DNA of 64,000 bases from Candidatus Poribacteria bacterium (GCA_965215015.1 OZ244042.1:5788581-5852580); one strand, 5' to 3'. Counted from the stretch's first letter, positions 1 to 9,869 are shown. Program-made: numbers and translations. The notes: a model not told the origin generated them from the sequence alone.

Positions 1-1
1 A

Positions 2-991
2 CTTGAAAATCTGGTCAATGAGACCTACAACCTATGGGATCACAACCGTATTGGATTCCAATGGCGACACTACACATGGAACCACACGATGCGGGTTCGT
101 GCCATGAGCATGGAGCTCGGCAGGCGTGAGGGCGGCGACGTTGCTAAACTCGAAGTCGCTGGAACACTCCACGACATCACCAAGCGGTATGACGGTGAAA
201 TTTTGTCGGATGAAAACGGCAAACGGGTCGTTAACCATGACGGACTCTGGCTGAATGAACAACTCATGCCGAGTCGAGAGAATCTCGTCACCCAGCTCTA
301 TGACGAAAACAACCTCGCCGGCACGGTTCACCATGAGTCCGGAGCGGTTATCACCGAGAAGATACTGTCGATGTATGATTTTGATCAGGATTTCGTTGAT
401 GCCGTTAGTGCCATAGTGCTCGCGCACCTGAAGCCGATGAACCTTACCGAGGAGCAGTTCGGTTTTCTCTACGCAAACGTCGAAAATCAGATCCTCTACG
501 ACGCTGACACAATGGACCCAAATGTCGGCTATACCGCATTTTTCCGCAATGTCCACATCCACAGTTATTCCGCTATCCGACGCAACGGCAAGTTCGACCT
601 TGAGGAATATGTTCAGAGTCTACCTCGCTGGGTTAACTCCAAGCAGGCTTTCGTTGAACATTTATTTACGGAATCGGCGAAGGAGGTTGGCCAGGCGCGA
701 CAGGATCGAAACCGGGCGTTAGCAGATCAGATCGCGTCGGAAGTCGGAGATATGGAGACGAATCGAAAATACGGGCTGCTCGGCGTCATTGAATACTTCG
801 TCAGTGATACCGAAGATCCGCACTTTATGAACCAATTGACGTATCTCAACGAGCATTGGATCCCGGAGCGGCAGAAATGGCTCGCTGAGGAAGAGACCAA
901 GGGGACAGTTCGTGACCGTGCGAGTGAGGCATTAGATCGGGTGATTGATTTCACCAATACCCTTGAGCGGGAATATCAAGGGGAAATTTGA
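2..991 (+). CDS. HD-domain metal-dependent phosphohydrolase (5-prime partial, frame open to window edge)
   Basis: Frame 2 is open from nt 2 (LENLVNETYNLWDHNRIGFQWRHYTWNHTMRVRAM...). It contains the H...HD signature (AGTLHDITKR). The ORF track lists it from the internal M at 89. Confidence 0.6.
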   Translation, partial: LENLVNETYNLWDHNRIGFQWRHYTWNHTMRVRAMSMELGRREGGDVAKLEVAGTLHDITKRYDGEILSDENGKRVVNHDGLWLNEQLMPSRENLVTQLYDENNLAGTVHHESGAVITEKILSMYDFDQDFVDAVSAIVLAHLKPMNLTEEQFGFLYANVENQILYDADTMDPNVGYTAFFRNVHIHSYSAIRRNGKFDLEEYVQSLPRWVNSKQAFVEHLFTESAKEVGQARQDRNRALADQIASEVGDMETNRKYGLLGVIEYFVSDTEDPHFMNQLTYLNEHWIPERQKWLAEEETKGTVRDRASEALDRVIDFTNTLEREYQGEI

Positions 992-1109
992 GATGTGTGG
1001 GCGCGAAGGGTATGTTTTTTTAACAAGCACACTCACCACCGATAAGAGATACCTGTTGTTTACATCATTTTTCGGGGCGAGACACTTGGGTTGTCCCTTA
1101 ACTTCACTT

Positions 1110-1622
1110 ATGAAGCAACATCCGTGGTTTACCTGTCTTCTCATCTTAGGACTAGGATTGGCAGGGGCGTTGATTGCCCGCTCTCTCTTAGGAACGGGTC
1201 AATTAGAAACAGATTTTGGTTACACAGAAGATGTATATTGGGACATCGCGGTGGGTGCGGAGCCGACATATAACGCGCCGCATACCTTCAGTTGCTACAG
1301 CTATTACATCGAAAACGACAGTCATGTAGAGGTCAGAGCTTTGTATGAGTTTTCGGATAAAACCCTTAACGCAGACGATAACTCGTTCGTGGTGGCTAAA
1401 ACTATCAATGAATTTGGACAATGGCTGCCTGCTATGGATCCAGATCAGGATTTGAACGATAATACGGAGGGGACACTTGGTATAGACCTTACTGATTATG
1501 ATGGTACATATAGGATTTACGCCTATACCCGGCTTGAACTCTATGATAACAACGATAACGCCATCACAGAGCCGAACGACGAAGAGCGAAAGGTCAAAGC
1601 GTATTCCGCCTCATTACTATAG
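1110..1622 (+). CDS. hypothetical membrane-anchored or secreted protein
   Basis: The ATG at 1110 gives MKQHPWFTCLLILGLGLAGALIARSLL, a signal/anchor-like N-terminus. An alternative ATG at 993 is coupled to the HD gene stop. I recognise no family. Confidence 0.45.
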   Translation: MKQHPWFTCLLILGLGLAGALIARSLLGTGQLETDFGYTEDVYWDIAVGAEPTYNAPHTFSCYSYYIENDSHVEVRALYEFSDKTLNADDNSFVVAKTINEFGQWLPAMDPDQDLNDNTEGTLGIDLTDYDGTYRIYAYTRLELYDNNDNAITEPNDEERKVKAYSASLL

Positions 1623-1702
1623 TAGACTAGGGAGGAACTATGTGATTCTCAATTCTTACCCTCAGCTTTTGGCTGGTAACGAGCCCCCTTTGGGGCAAAA
1701 TT

Positions 1703-2617
1703 GTGTTTTATTCCAAGCGGGATGGGAACACTGAAATCTACGTGATGGAATCGGACGGGCGGAACCAAACACGACTGACACATAACGAGGCAAGTGATAG
1801 CTTCCCTGCTTGGTCTCCTAACAGGAAACAGATTGCTTTCGGTAGCAGGCGGGATGGGAATCGGGAAGTTTATGTGATGGATACCGATGGGAACAACCAA
1901 CGCAACCTGACCCTTCATCCCGCGTATGATGGTGCACCCACCTGGGCACCTGACGGGTCGCAGATTGCCTTTATTAGCAGTCGGGATGGCGGCGTGACCC
2001 ACGATGCCAACATTTACGTGATGGATGCCGATGGAAGCAACATCCGGCCGATTACACGAGGCATGAGTTTTGTTGGAGAAGTAGAGTGGGCTCCGGACGG
2101 TAGATATATCGCCTTTGAAGGCCACATCAATAACCCCTTTAAGGTCAACGAGCCTCGGACGGTCTACGCGATTGACCCCGATGGGACCAGCCGCTGGCAG
2201 GTGAGCGAGCCGGTGGACGGTAAGGTGATGTTTTTGGAGGGGTGGTCGCCGGATGGGAAAAAGATTTTGTATGCAGAGACCATCAACAATGCGGTAAAAG
2301 ATGTCATCTTGATTATCGCCACCCTCCATCCGATGAGGAATCAGCGTAAGGTCATCAAGTATGAACGGGTGCCGCTCCCTAAGATGGATGTGGCCAATGC
2401 TGCATGGGGTGCCGATGGGGGGGCAATTCTCGTTACCCTGAGAAAAGAGGGTGGTGCCTGGAATATCTATCGTTTTCGTCTTGGAGCTCGTCAGCTCCTC
2501 CAGTTGACAGATCATCCCGTTACGGATAGTGGTGCCCGGGAATGGAATCCGCGCTTGCCGGCTTCGGGGCAGGGGTTGGCTCCAAAGCGTTGGGGGGAGA
2601 TTAGATCTAACTCATGA
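1703..2617 (+). CDS. TolB-like PD40/WD40-like beta-propeller repeat protein
   Basis: Repeated units of the type (F/S)xRDGNxEIYVMDxDGxNxxxLT...P.WSPDG..IAF. The GTG start at 1703 falls mid-repeat. A possible upstream start (GTG 1642 after GGAGGA) lies in another frame across a C5 run. Confidence 0.75.
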   Translation: MFYSKRDGNTEIYVMESDGRNQTRLTHNEASDSFPAWSPNRKQIAFGSRRDGNREVYVMDTDGNNQRNLTLHPAYDGAPTWAPDGSQIAFISSRDGGVTHDANIYVMDADGSNIRPITRGMSFVGEVEWAPDGRYIAFEGHINNPFKVNEPRTVYAIDPDGTSRWQVSEPVDGKVMFLEGWSPDGKKILYAETINNAVKDVILIIATLHPMRNQRKVIKYERVPLPKMDVANAAWGADGGAILVTLRKEGGAWNIYRFRLGARQLLQLTDHPVTDSGAREWNPRLPASGQGLAPKRWGEIRSNS

Positions 2618-2708
2618 CGTAACTAAGGGATTGGGCCTACCCAGTCCCTCAATTTCTCAAACGCTGTAGACACTACCCCGATGGATCAGGATTTTGCCGC
2701 GCTTAACT

Positions 2709-3095
2709 TTACTCTTCAATCGGCTGTCTTCCGGCAAACCCGGCATCAACCTCGTGCCAGTACAAGATTGTTTCTTCCCCAACCCTCCAGCAGAGGTAGA
2801 CTTCCTTACCTTCACGAAGATGTGGGAAGTCAATTAACCCCGGATTTATATCTTTTATCGTGCATCCATAAGACTGAATCTCCTCAATGGCATCTCGGAA
2901 TTTTCCGGTCAATTGGAGAAAGTGCGGTGTTTTTCGATGCCCACCGTTATGGCGAACGACCTCAAAGAGCGGAGTCAATTCCGCCCCAAGTTGTTCTAAC
3001 TCCTCCCGAAATCCTCTGAGTTCTGATAGTCTCTGTTCCAACATAGGGATCAACCGGTTCGCTTCTTCTACAGTAAAATATCTCTTTCGTCGCAT
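2709..3095 (-). CDS. DUF2203 family protein
   Basis: 128 aa. It shows the family pattern: FTVEEANRLIPMLEQRL at the N-terminus and KDINPGLIDFP...GKEVYLCWRVGEETILYWHEVDAGFAGRQPI at the C-terminus. Confidence 0.65.
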   Translation of the reverse strand: MRRKRYFTVEEANRLIPMLEQRLSELRGFREELEQLGAELTPLFEVVRHNGGHRKTPHFLQLTGKFRDAIEEIQSYGCTIKDINPGLIDFPHLREGKEVYLCWRVGEETILYWHEVDAGFAGRQPIEE

Positions 3096-3228
3096 TGTTC
3101 ATTCAACCTGTATTCCAGGATAAGCTTTTGCGTGAAACGTAAGGGTTTTCACGCTTGGTATAATTTTGCCTTCTGCGAGGTTCTCCACTTGTTGATAAGT
3201 GTACCTCATATTTGATAGAATGTCAATA

Positions 3229-3253
3229 GTAAGAGCAACCCTTGTGGTTGCCC
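3229..3253 (+). repeat. GC hairpin repeat unit (GTAAGAGCAACCCTTGTGGTTGCCC)
   Basis: Stem GCAACC/GGTTGC. It is nearly identical to the reverse complement of 32791-32815 and lies upstream of the supported GTG start of the next gene. Confidence 0.6.
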
Positions 3254-3297
3254 TATTTGATGTAGAAATTTACAAAGCAATTTGGAGGATCTTACTA

Positions 3298-6200
3298 GTG
3301 CGTATTAGCAGTTATCTGTTTCGCCCCCGATGGATCGGGATGCAAGTACTTGCTTGTTTTTGCACGTTCGTTGGCTCTTTTTTGATAGTCGGGGTCGGCG
3401 TTGTTCTGATGTTAGCCCCCTATGGTGAAGCATTAGCCGACGCAAACTCGTCAGATGTGAAACCTTACGGGATCGACCGACGGGTTCCGTGGGAGACATC
3501 TCGCGTCGTGGGTGCCCCCGATGCCTCTGATGATTTTTCAACCCTAGCACGCGAGCTGGAACGGTTTGTGGAAGCAGGCAAAGTAATCTTCAACGGAAAG
3601 GGATCGTGCTACTCCTGCCACACACTCAATCCATCCGCACCGCCGGGCAGAGGGCCCGATCTCACCGATATTGGGGTGAACGCTGCCACGCGAAAGCCGG
3701 GCATGGGAGCGAAGGTGTATCTCATCGAGTCCCTCTATGACCCAGCGGCATTCCTCGTCCACGGGTACGGTAAGACCATGACGCCGGCATGGAAACCACC
3801 AATCAGTCTGTCGAATTTAGAGATTGAAGCTGTCATCGCATTCCTTCAGAGTCAGGGAGGAGAGATAGATCTGAAACCGTTTGAACCGCCGATTGATATA
3901 CAAACCGTTGCGAAAGAGATGGAGGCACGTCCACTGATCCATGCCGCAGACGCCGAGCGAGGGATGGAGGTATTCGTCAATGTTGTAAAATGTATCGCAT
4001 GTCACGATGTTGATGGGATTGAGAAGCCGGAGGGGCAGACCCTTGACGATGGAGTTGAGGTCTTTCCAGGTCCTGATTTAACGGATATTGCCGCATTAAA
4101 CAGCATCGGTTATATCGAAGAATCCATTCTGAAACCCAACGCCGAGATTGTGCGCGGGTACGGTGTGGCATCCGTCGCAACCGGCGGCACGGTTGTTGAG
4201 GGAACACTCATCTCACAAGATAGTGAAAAAATTGTCCTGCATATCAAAGGGTTGACGGAGTCAACGGAGAGGACGCTCCTTTTGAGCGAGATTGACCCCG
4301 AACCCATCGAAGAGTTGGCGGATCTGGCGGGAAAAGGGTATTTTTGGATTCAGGTGACGCCCAACAATTCAGAGCCGATCCGCGGGGATCTCGTCGGAGA
4401 GGATGAAGAAACGCTTACGCTCAAGACTGAAGCCTCTCCGGAAGAAATGCAAACCGTGTCAAAATCAAACCTGAAGACCTATGTAACTGTTATCCCATAT
4501 AACAGAGAGCCGATTGTCGGGGCATTAATCTCGGAAAATGAGGAGCAGATCGTTTTAGGGGTTAAGGGCATGGAACGCACCATCGATAAATTCGATATTG
4601 ATGAAGGCCCAACCTATAGCCGTGCTTTTGGGAAGCGAATCAACGTAAAATCCCCGATGCCGGATAATTACGCACAACTCTTGGCGGTTGATGAGCATTA
4701 CGACTTACTGGCATTTTTATCAACGCTGACCGGCAAAACGTCAGGCTCAGAATCCGGTCCGACCTTATCACTCCGTCCTAAAGGGATATTTACCAAATTT
4801 CCGTTAGATCAACCGGTGTATATCGAGCCTGAGCCGGGCACCGACCAACTCTTCGTCATTGAACTAGGGGGCAAGATTCGTCGCTTCAAAGACCATCCGG
4901 ATACAGAAAACGCCGAATTTCTACTTGACACAGGGCGCGAAACCTACGGCTTGACATTCCACCCAAACTACGAAGAAAACGGTTATCTCTATGTTGTCAG
5001 CAATGGACCGATAGGGGGGAAAGTCACTGAGACCAAAAATCGTGTTTCGCGCTTTACGGTGGAGCGTCAACCGCCGTATGGCTGCGATCCGAATTCCGAG
5101 CTGATTATCTTGGAATGGCTATCGAACAACCACAACGGCGGGGACCTCGCGTTCGGTCCCGATGGATACCTCTACATCCCCGCCGGCGACGGTGCTATGG
5201 ACTCTGATACCAACCTCACCGGTCTCCCCGGAAGCTACGACAGGGACCCAAAGGGACAAGATCTCAGTAACCTACCAGCGACAATCATGCGCATTGACGT
5301 TGACCATCCGGAGGCGGGCCTACCCTATTCGATCCCAAGCGATAACCCGTTTACCCATATCGAGGGAGCCCGGCCTGAAATTTGGGTCTACGGGATTCGC
5401 AACCCGTGGAGAATCACCTTCGATCGCGAGACGGGGCATCTGTGGGCAGGAAATGTTGGGCAAGATCGGTGGGAGATGATTCACCTCGTGCGCCGTGGGG
5501 ACAATTATGGTTGGAGCCTTTACGAAGGTAGTCACCCCTTTTTCCTCAACCGCAAACCGGGGCCCACGCCTATTGTCAAGCCAACAGTCGAACATCCCCA
5601 CTCCGAAGCCCGTTCAATTACCGGGGGCGTTGTCTATTACGGCTCAAAATTCCCCGAATTGCGGGGTGCCTACGTCTACGGCGACTACGCAACGGGAAAA
5701 ATGTGGGCACTCCGCCACGACGGGGAGCAACTTATTTGGCATCGGGAAATCGCCGATACAACGTTACAAATCGTGAGTTTCGGCGTTGATCATAACGACG
5801 AGATATTAATCGTAGATCTGGCACGTGGTATCTACCAATTAGAACGCAAACCCAAATCCACAGAAAAGTTTCCGACCCGTTTGAGTGAAACGGGCATGTT
5901 CATATCGGTTAAAAACCATCAGACTGATCCGGGGCTGATTCCCTACTCAGTCAACGCGCCGCTGTGGGTGGATGGGGCGGATGTAGAACGATTCATCGCA
6001 TTACCGGATGATTCTCAAATTGAGATGTCGGCTGCCGATGGAGTTGGATGGAGTTTCCCGGATGGAACGGCACTGATTCAAACCTTCGCACTCAATCTGG
6101 AAGTAGGAAATCCCACTTCCAAACACTGGATTGAAACACGGTTACTGACCCGACAACAGGGTGAGTGGGGGGGATACTCCTATATCTGGAATGACGAGCA

Positions 6201-6852
6201 AACCGACGCAATCCTTGTGGACGCCGCTGGGATAGACCGTGTCTTCACGATTCAGGATTCAAGTGCCCCTAATGGCAGCCGAGAGCAGTCTTGGCACTAT
6301 CCCAGTCGGGAGGAGTGCATGGCCTGCCACAGCCGCGCCGCCAACTATGTCTTGGGACTCACCACGCTCCAAATGAACAAAGTCCACAATTACAGACCCG
6401 TTTCGGACAATCAACTACGAACGTTGAATCATATCGGCGTTTTCAAGAAGCCGCTGCCGAAGCTGCCGGAGGAGTACCCCAAGCTAGCTGACCCGTACAA
6501 TCCCAAAGAACCGCTTGAGGCAAGGGCACGGTCATATCTACACGCCGCGTGTGCAAACTGCCATGTCCACACAGGCGGTGGTAACGCCCGCATCGTGTTA
6601 GATTTCACAACGGGACTGGACAAAACCTACAGCGTCGGTTTCCCCCCGCAGCACGATACCTATGGTATCACCGACGCAATGCTCATCGCGCCGGGTGACC
6701 CGGAACGTTCGATCCTTTATCAGCGTGTCGCCCGGGGGGGCAAGGGTAAAATGCCACCTCTGGCAACCTCACAACAAGACCCGCAAGCGGTGCAACTGTT
6801 ATACGATTGGATTTCACAGATGAAACCGTCTTCTGAGAATGAGAAGCATTAG
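3298..6852 (+). CDS. multidomain exported redox protein: two c-type cytochrome domains, PQQ-dependent sugar-dehydrogenase-like beta-propeller, and an SO_2930-like dihaem cytochrome c domain
   Basis: Four CxxCH motifs (CYSCH, CIACH, CMACH, CANCH). SGDH-like motifs (GGDLAFGPDGYLYIPAGDG, IWVYGIRNPWRITFD, GDNYGWS). The C-terminal pattern LSETGMF...YSVNAPLWVDGA...ETRLL...C.ACH...NQL..L...ARSYLHAACANCH fits the SO_2930/TIGR03806 type. GTG 3298 has GGAGGA 8 nt upstream and gives a basic plus hydrophobic N-terminus. Confidence 0.8.
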   Translation: MRISSYLFRPRWIGMQVLACFCTFVGSFLIVGVGVVLMLAPYGEALADANSSDVKPYGIDRRVPWETSRVVGAPDASDDFSTLARELERFVEAGKVIFNGKGSCYSCHTLNPSAPPGRGPDLTDIGVNAATRKPGMGAKVYLIESLYDPAAFLVHGYGKTMTPAWKPPISLSNLEIEAVIAFLQSQGGEIDLKPFEPPIDIQTVAKEMEARPLIHAADAERGMEVFVNVVKCIACHDVDGIEKPEGQTLDDGVEVFPGPDLTDIAALNSIGYIEESILKPNAEIVRGYGVASVATGGTVVEGTLISQDSEKIVLHIKGLTESTERTLLLSEIDPEPIEELADLAGKGYFWIQVTPNNSEPIRGDLVGEDEETLTLKTEASPEEMQTVSKSNLKTYVTVIPYNREPIVGALISENEEQIVLGVKGMERTIDKFDIDEGPTYSRAFGKRINVKSPMPDNYAQLLAVDEHYDLLAFLSTLTGKTSGSESGPTLSLRPKGIFTKFPLDQPVYIEPEPGTDQLFVIELGGKIRRFKDHPDTENAEFLLDTGRETYGLTFHPNYEENGYLYVVSNGPIGGKVTETKNRVSRFTVERQPPYGCDPNSELIILEWLSNNHNGGDLAFGPDGYLYIPAGDGAMDSDTNLTGLPGSYDRDPKGQDLSNLPATIMRIDVDHPEAGLPYSIPSDNPFTHIEGARPEIWVYGIRNPWRITFDRETGHLWAGNVGQDRWEMIHLVRRGDNYGWSLYEGSHPFFLNRKPGPTPIVKPTVEHPHSEARSITGGVVYYGSKFPELRGAYVYGDYATGKMWALRHDGEQLIWHREIADTTLQIVSFGVDHNDEILIVDLARGIYQLERKPKSTEKFPTRLSETGMFISVKNHQTDPGLIPYSVNAPLWVDGADVERFIALPDDSQIEMSAADGVGWSFPDGTALIQTFALNLEVGNPTSKHWIETRLLTRQQGEWGGYSYIWNDEQTDAILVDAAGIDRVFTIQDSSAPNGSREQSWHYPSREECMACHSRAANYVLGLTTLQMNKVHNYRPVSDNQLRTLNHIGVFKKPLPKLPEEYPKLADPYNPKEPLEARARSYLHAACANCHVHTGGGNARIVLDFTTGLDKTYSVGFPPQHDTYGITDAMLIAPGDPERSILYQRVARGGKGKMPPLATSQQDPQAVQLLYDWISQMKPSSENEKH

Positions 6853-6887
6853 GACAAAGGTTCATGTTATGGGAAGCTATTAATCTT

Positions 6888-7223
6888 TCAAAGACAAATA
6901 GATGAACGATTTAGCAAGATTACGGATGGAAGCACGGAATTGGTCATCCGTTCCGAAACGAAACCCTTATCGCCCCCAAGCCAACCGATGTGAAGCCAGC
7001 CCTCTGCCGCGTAGAGGGGCACAAATCCGACCACTCTTTGTTCAGAAACTGCTACAAATCCTTCCTGATGTCGTATGTCAGTAGAAATTGACTCACTTCG
7101 GGCAGTCTCATCAAACCATTCAGGGAGTTCCTCTGCAATAGCGAGAATGCCAGAATAATGTTCCTTCCCAAGAGGCTGGATTTGTGCTGATGTCGATTTG
7201 CTGCATATGTTGTTGAATCCATT
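6888..7223 (-). pseudogene. GNAT acetyltransferase remnant (no usable start, frame-disrupted, C-terminally truncated)
   Basis: The minus-strand frame reads ...IQPLGKEHYSGILAIAEELPEWFDETARSESISTDIRHQEGFVAVSEQRVVGFVPLYAAEGWLHIGWLG..., a GNAT-like N-terminal half. A plausible MQQIDIST start sits in a neighbouring frame across an A3 run (forward TTT 7181-7183). A stop follows soon after the beta4 region. Confidence 0.35.
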
Positions 7224-7354
7224 TTAGATAATGAGGACTAGAAACTCGCCACAGTGGTTTTCAGAGGCAATATACTGTACTTAGATGAGAAAGCCAGCTC
7301 TGTTTATGAAGTTATCAGATTCGCTTGTCAGTTTCATTGACAGATTATCCTGTA

Positions 7355-7470
7355 GGGCTCATGTTAAGAAATTGTGCAACAGAAACCGATTGAGTTCATT
7401 AGTGCACTCGTTCATTAATAAACCGATAAAATAATGAACCAATGAACAAATAATTTTCATGTCACGCTCT
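7355..7470 (+). repeat. copy of dispersed repeat family R1 (degenerate palindromic core)
   Basis: GGCTCATGTTAAGAAATTGTGCAACAGAAACCGATT followed by GTTCATT...TAATGAACCAATGAAC. It matches 63027-63110 and, in reverse, 58517-58567. Confidence 0.7.
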
Positions 7471-7492
7471 CATCACCCTGTAGATGGATTTC

Positions 7493-8014
7493 TCAGCAAC
7501 CACACTCCTTGAATTCTGGCGAATACTGCACCGTGCCATTAACTTTATCAAGAGTACCATTCTTCAGTTCTATTGCCATGAAATTCTCGTCAGTGTCATA
7601 TTCATTGCCCAAGCCGTAAAGGCTGGCACGCGAGAAACCGAATCGTGGGTAGTAATAGGGACTTCCCAACACAACTGCTATTTCAAATCCGGCCGCCGCA
7701 CACCTGTTTAACCCTTCGCGTGCCAACATAGAGCCAATGCCGTGCCTTTGGAACTCTGGTAAGACGGATAGGGGTGCTAGTCCGACAGCGCGGAACGCTT
7801 GGGGTGCGGCTGTCATCGTAACCGGTGAAAACATGATATGGCCGACAATTCTGTTGTTACTGACTGCCACGAGCGCAATCAGTGCCTTATTTCTATCTCT
7901 AAGCAATTCAACGACATTGGCTGCGGGCTCTTCGGGGGCACCACCGAATGCAGCGACGATAACCTGGCGGATTTCCTGATAGTCTTCTTGCTGCTCTTCC
8001 CGTATCCCTATCAT
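7493..8014 (-). CDS. GNAT family N-acetyltransferase (YhbS-like)
   Basis: 173 aa. Acetyl-CoA motif QRHGIGSMLAREGLNRCAAAGF. Typical N-terminus MIGIREEQQEDYQEI. Confidence 0.8.
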   Translation of the reverse strand: MIGIREEQQEDYQEIRQVIVAAFGGAPEEPAANVVELLRDRNKALIALVAVSNNRIVGHIMFSPVTMTAAPQAFRAVGLAPLSVLPEFQRHGIGSMLAREGLNRCAAAGFEIAVVLGSPYYYPRFGFSRASLYGLGNEYDTDENFMAIELKNGTLDKVNGTVQYSPEFKECGC

Positions 8015-8073
8015 TGTATGGATTCCTTTCGCAAGGTAACTTGGGCAATCTGCTATTGTGTTTGAATCTCACC

Positions 8074-8871
8074 TCAACTAATTCTGGAGGCAGCGACTAT
8101 CAGCCAAACAGGTAATCCAGCACGGGGATTCCACCTCCAATCAAGTAACGATTCATCGATGTCGGACGTATCACTGCTACCTTGCCAAAATCCAGGATCT
8201 TGCGCTGGACTTTCAAGAACTTTTTTCAATGTCAATCCAGCTTGTGCCAGTGGATTAAGCAAGTCCGCTAAGGTCCAATTAAACTCATACGATTCGTCCG
8301 TGGACTCTCGAAATGGTCCAGTGTCCCAATAAGGCTTCTCCATTTCAATGGGCGTTACCTGGTCCTTCCATGGCCGCATGAATGGATGAATGTCGTAGAA
8401 AACGTAGGCACCTCCTGGCTTCAGGGTTCTCGAAACCTCACGAAATACCCCACCGAGATCTGCAATCCACACGAAGAAACCGTTTGTGGAGCAGACAAGA
8501 TCGAAGGTCGAATCGTCTGCAAATCCAAGATCGGCAGCATCGGAACGGACAAAATCAATCGATACGCCGAGCACTTCTGCACGACTTGCTGCTAGTTTCA
8601 ATCGTTCCTCTGAAATATCTGTGGAAGTTACGGCTGCCCCTAATCCTGACATTGCATAGGCCGCCATGTTATCTCCGCTCCCAATGACACACACCTGCTT
8701 GTTGTGCAGATTGCCTACCATCTCTCGGATTGTGGCAAGTGTCTCGCCCTCAAATGCCAATTCAGGCTCTTTATGGCACCTGCGCCAACGGCCATCACGG
8801 TTCAGCCGGTCCTCCCATATTGTCGCCTGATTATTCCAGTGCCGCCGATTGGATTCATGAATTTTGATCAT
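8074..8871 (-). CDS. class I SAM-dependent methyltransferase
   Basis: Motif I VCVIGSGDNMAAYAMSGLGAAVTSTDISEERL, followed by a post-I acidic residue and LKPGGAYVF. Confidence 0.8.
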   Translation of the reverse strand: MIKIHESNRRHWNNQATIWEDRLNRDGRWRRCHKEPELAFEGETLATIREMVGNLHNKQVCVIGSGDNMAAYAMSGLGAAVTSTDISEERLKLAASRAEVLGVSIDFVRSDAADLGFADDSTFDLVCSTNGFFVWIADLGGVFREVSRTLKPGGAYVFYDIHPFMRPWKDQVTPIEMEKPYWDTGPFRESTDESYEFNWTLADLLNPLAQAGLTLKKVLESPAQDPGFWQGSSDTSDIDESLLDWRWNPRAGLPVWLIVAASRIS

Positions 8872-8934
8872 GGATGATTCAACCTCCTAAGTGTCAACAT
8901 ATCGCTTCAGGTTTTCAAGGGGTTGAACGCCTAC

Positions 8935-9804
8935 TTATTGAGGCATTCGATAGCCGCCTCCAACATAGAGTAGTTGTCCTGTGAGCCAACGGGCTTGCTC
9001 AGAACAGAGGAAGGTAGTAATATCTGCCACATCTTCAGGTTTGCCAACCCTACCTAACGGTGTAGATTCTGCAATTCCTTTCTCAGCTTCAGGGGTGATG
9101 TAGCCCGTCTGAATCGGTCCGGGAGCGATTACGTTGACAGTTATACCGTATTTTCCCATCTCACATGCAGCGGAGCGACTATAGGATTCAATTGCGTGTT
9201 TGCTCGCGGCGTAGCTGATGTTCAGCGGGTGGCAATGTGCGGCATCCGTACTGGTGTTTACAATGCGCCCCCAGTTCAATCCGTTTTTGAGGTATCGCTT
9301 CAAGTACGCTTGCATCATCAATACATACGCTCGGGAATTAATAATAAAGTGAGCGTCGATACTTGAGGTGGTGGGTAGAAAAATGCCCCTCCCGTTTTTT
9401 GAAGTTTCTTCAGGGTCAAATGTTTCCAACACGCAATGGGTGTGATTGTTAATCAAGATATCAACCGACCCCAGTTCTTTCTCACAGGTATCAAAAAGCT
9501 TTGGGATGTTTGTTTCATCCGCTAGGTCGGCTTCTAAGACAGATAGTTTCATGCCCGCTTCTTCAAACTGATTCGCGAGATGCTCGATGGGCTTTTGTTG
9601 CATTGCTCGGTAGAAGACATCCCCACCGAATCCGGCTGCCTCGGCTTTCTTCAATTCTGCTTTGCTGTATTGACACGGTGGGCGAAAGAATGATGCGAAC
9701 ACCTTTACGCCTTGGGTGCCCAGAGCCAGAGCGGTTGCGGCACCGATGCCATGATTGGCACCCGTAATCAGAGCGACTTTGTCTTTTAACTTGGTGTTAA
9801 TCAT
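8935..9804 (-). CDS. SDR family oxidoreductase
   Basis: TGANHGIGAATA cofactor motif, YAASK catalytic motif, and VNVIAPGPIQT. The start is set at MINTKLKDKVALITG rather than the ORF-track M at 9858. Confidence 0.85.
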   Translation of the reverse strand: MINTKLKDKVALITGANHGIGAATALALGTQGVKVFASFFRPPCQYSKAELKKAEAAGFGGDVFYRAMQQKPIEHLANQFEEAGMKLSVLEADLADETNIPKLFDTCEKELGSVDILINNHTHCVLETFDPEETSKNGRGIFLPTTSSIDAHFIINSRAYVLMMQAYLKRYLKNGLNWGRIVNTSTDAAHCHPLNISYAASKHAIESYSRSAACEMGKYGITVNVIAPGPIQTGYITPEAEKGIAESTPLGRVGKPEDVADITTFLCSEQARWLTGQLLYVGGGYRMPQ

Positions 9805-9869
9805 TATATTCCGCCACGTCATGAGAATGGAATCACCGCAGCGACAACTGTATGTCAACCGCCGTGGTT

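Noticed and set aside
3199-3297. N-terminal extension of the large cytochrome/PQQ ORF as given in the ORF track
   Set aside because: The extension translates a dispersed GC hairpin repeat (3229-3253) and has no RBS. GTG 3298 has GGAGGA 8 nt upstream and yields a proper basic plus hydrophobic signal/anchor.
6902-7084. Plus-strand 60-aa ORF after the large cytochrome gene
   Set aside because: It is Arg/Pro-rich and antisense to the GNAT-like remnant, which explains the open frame better.
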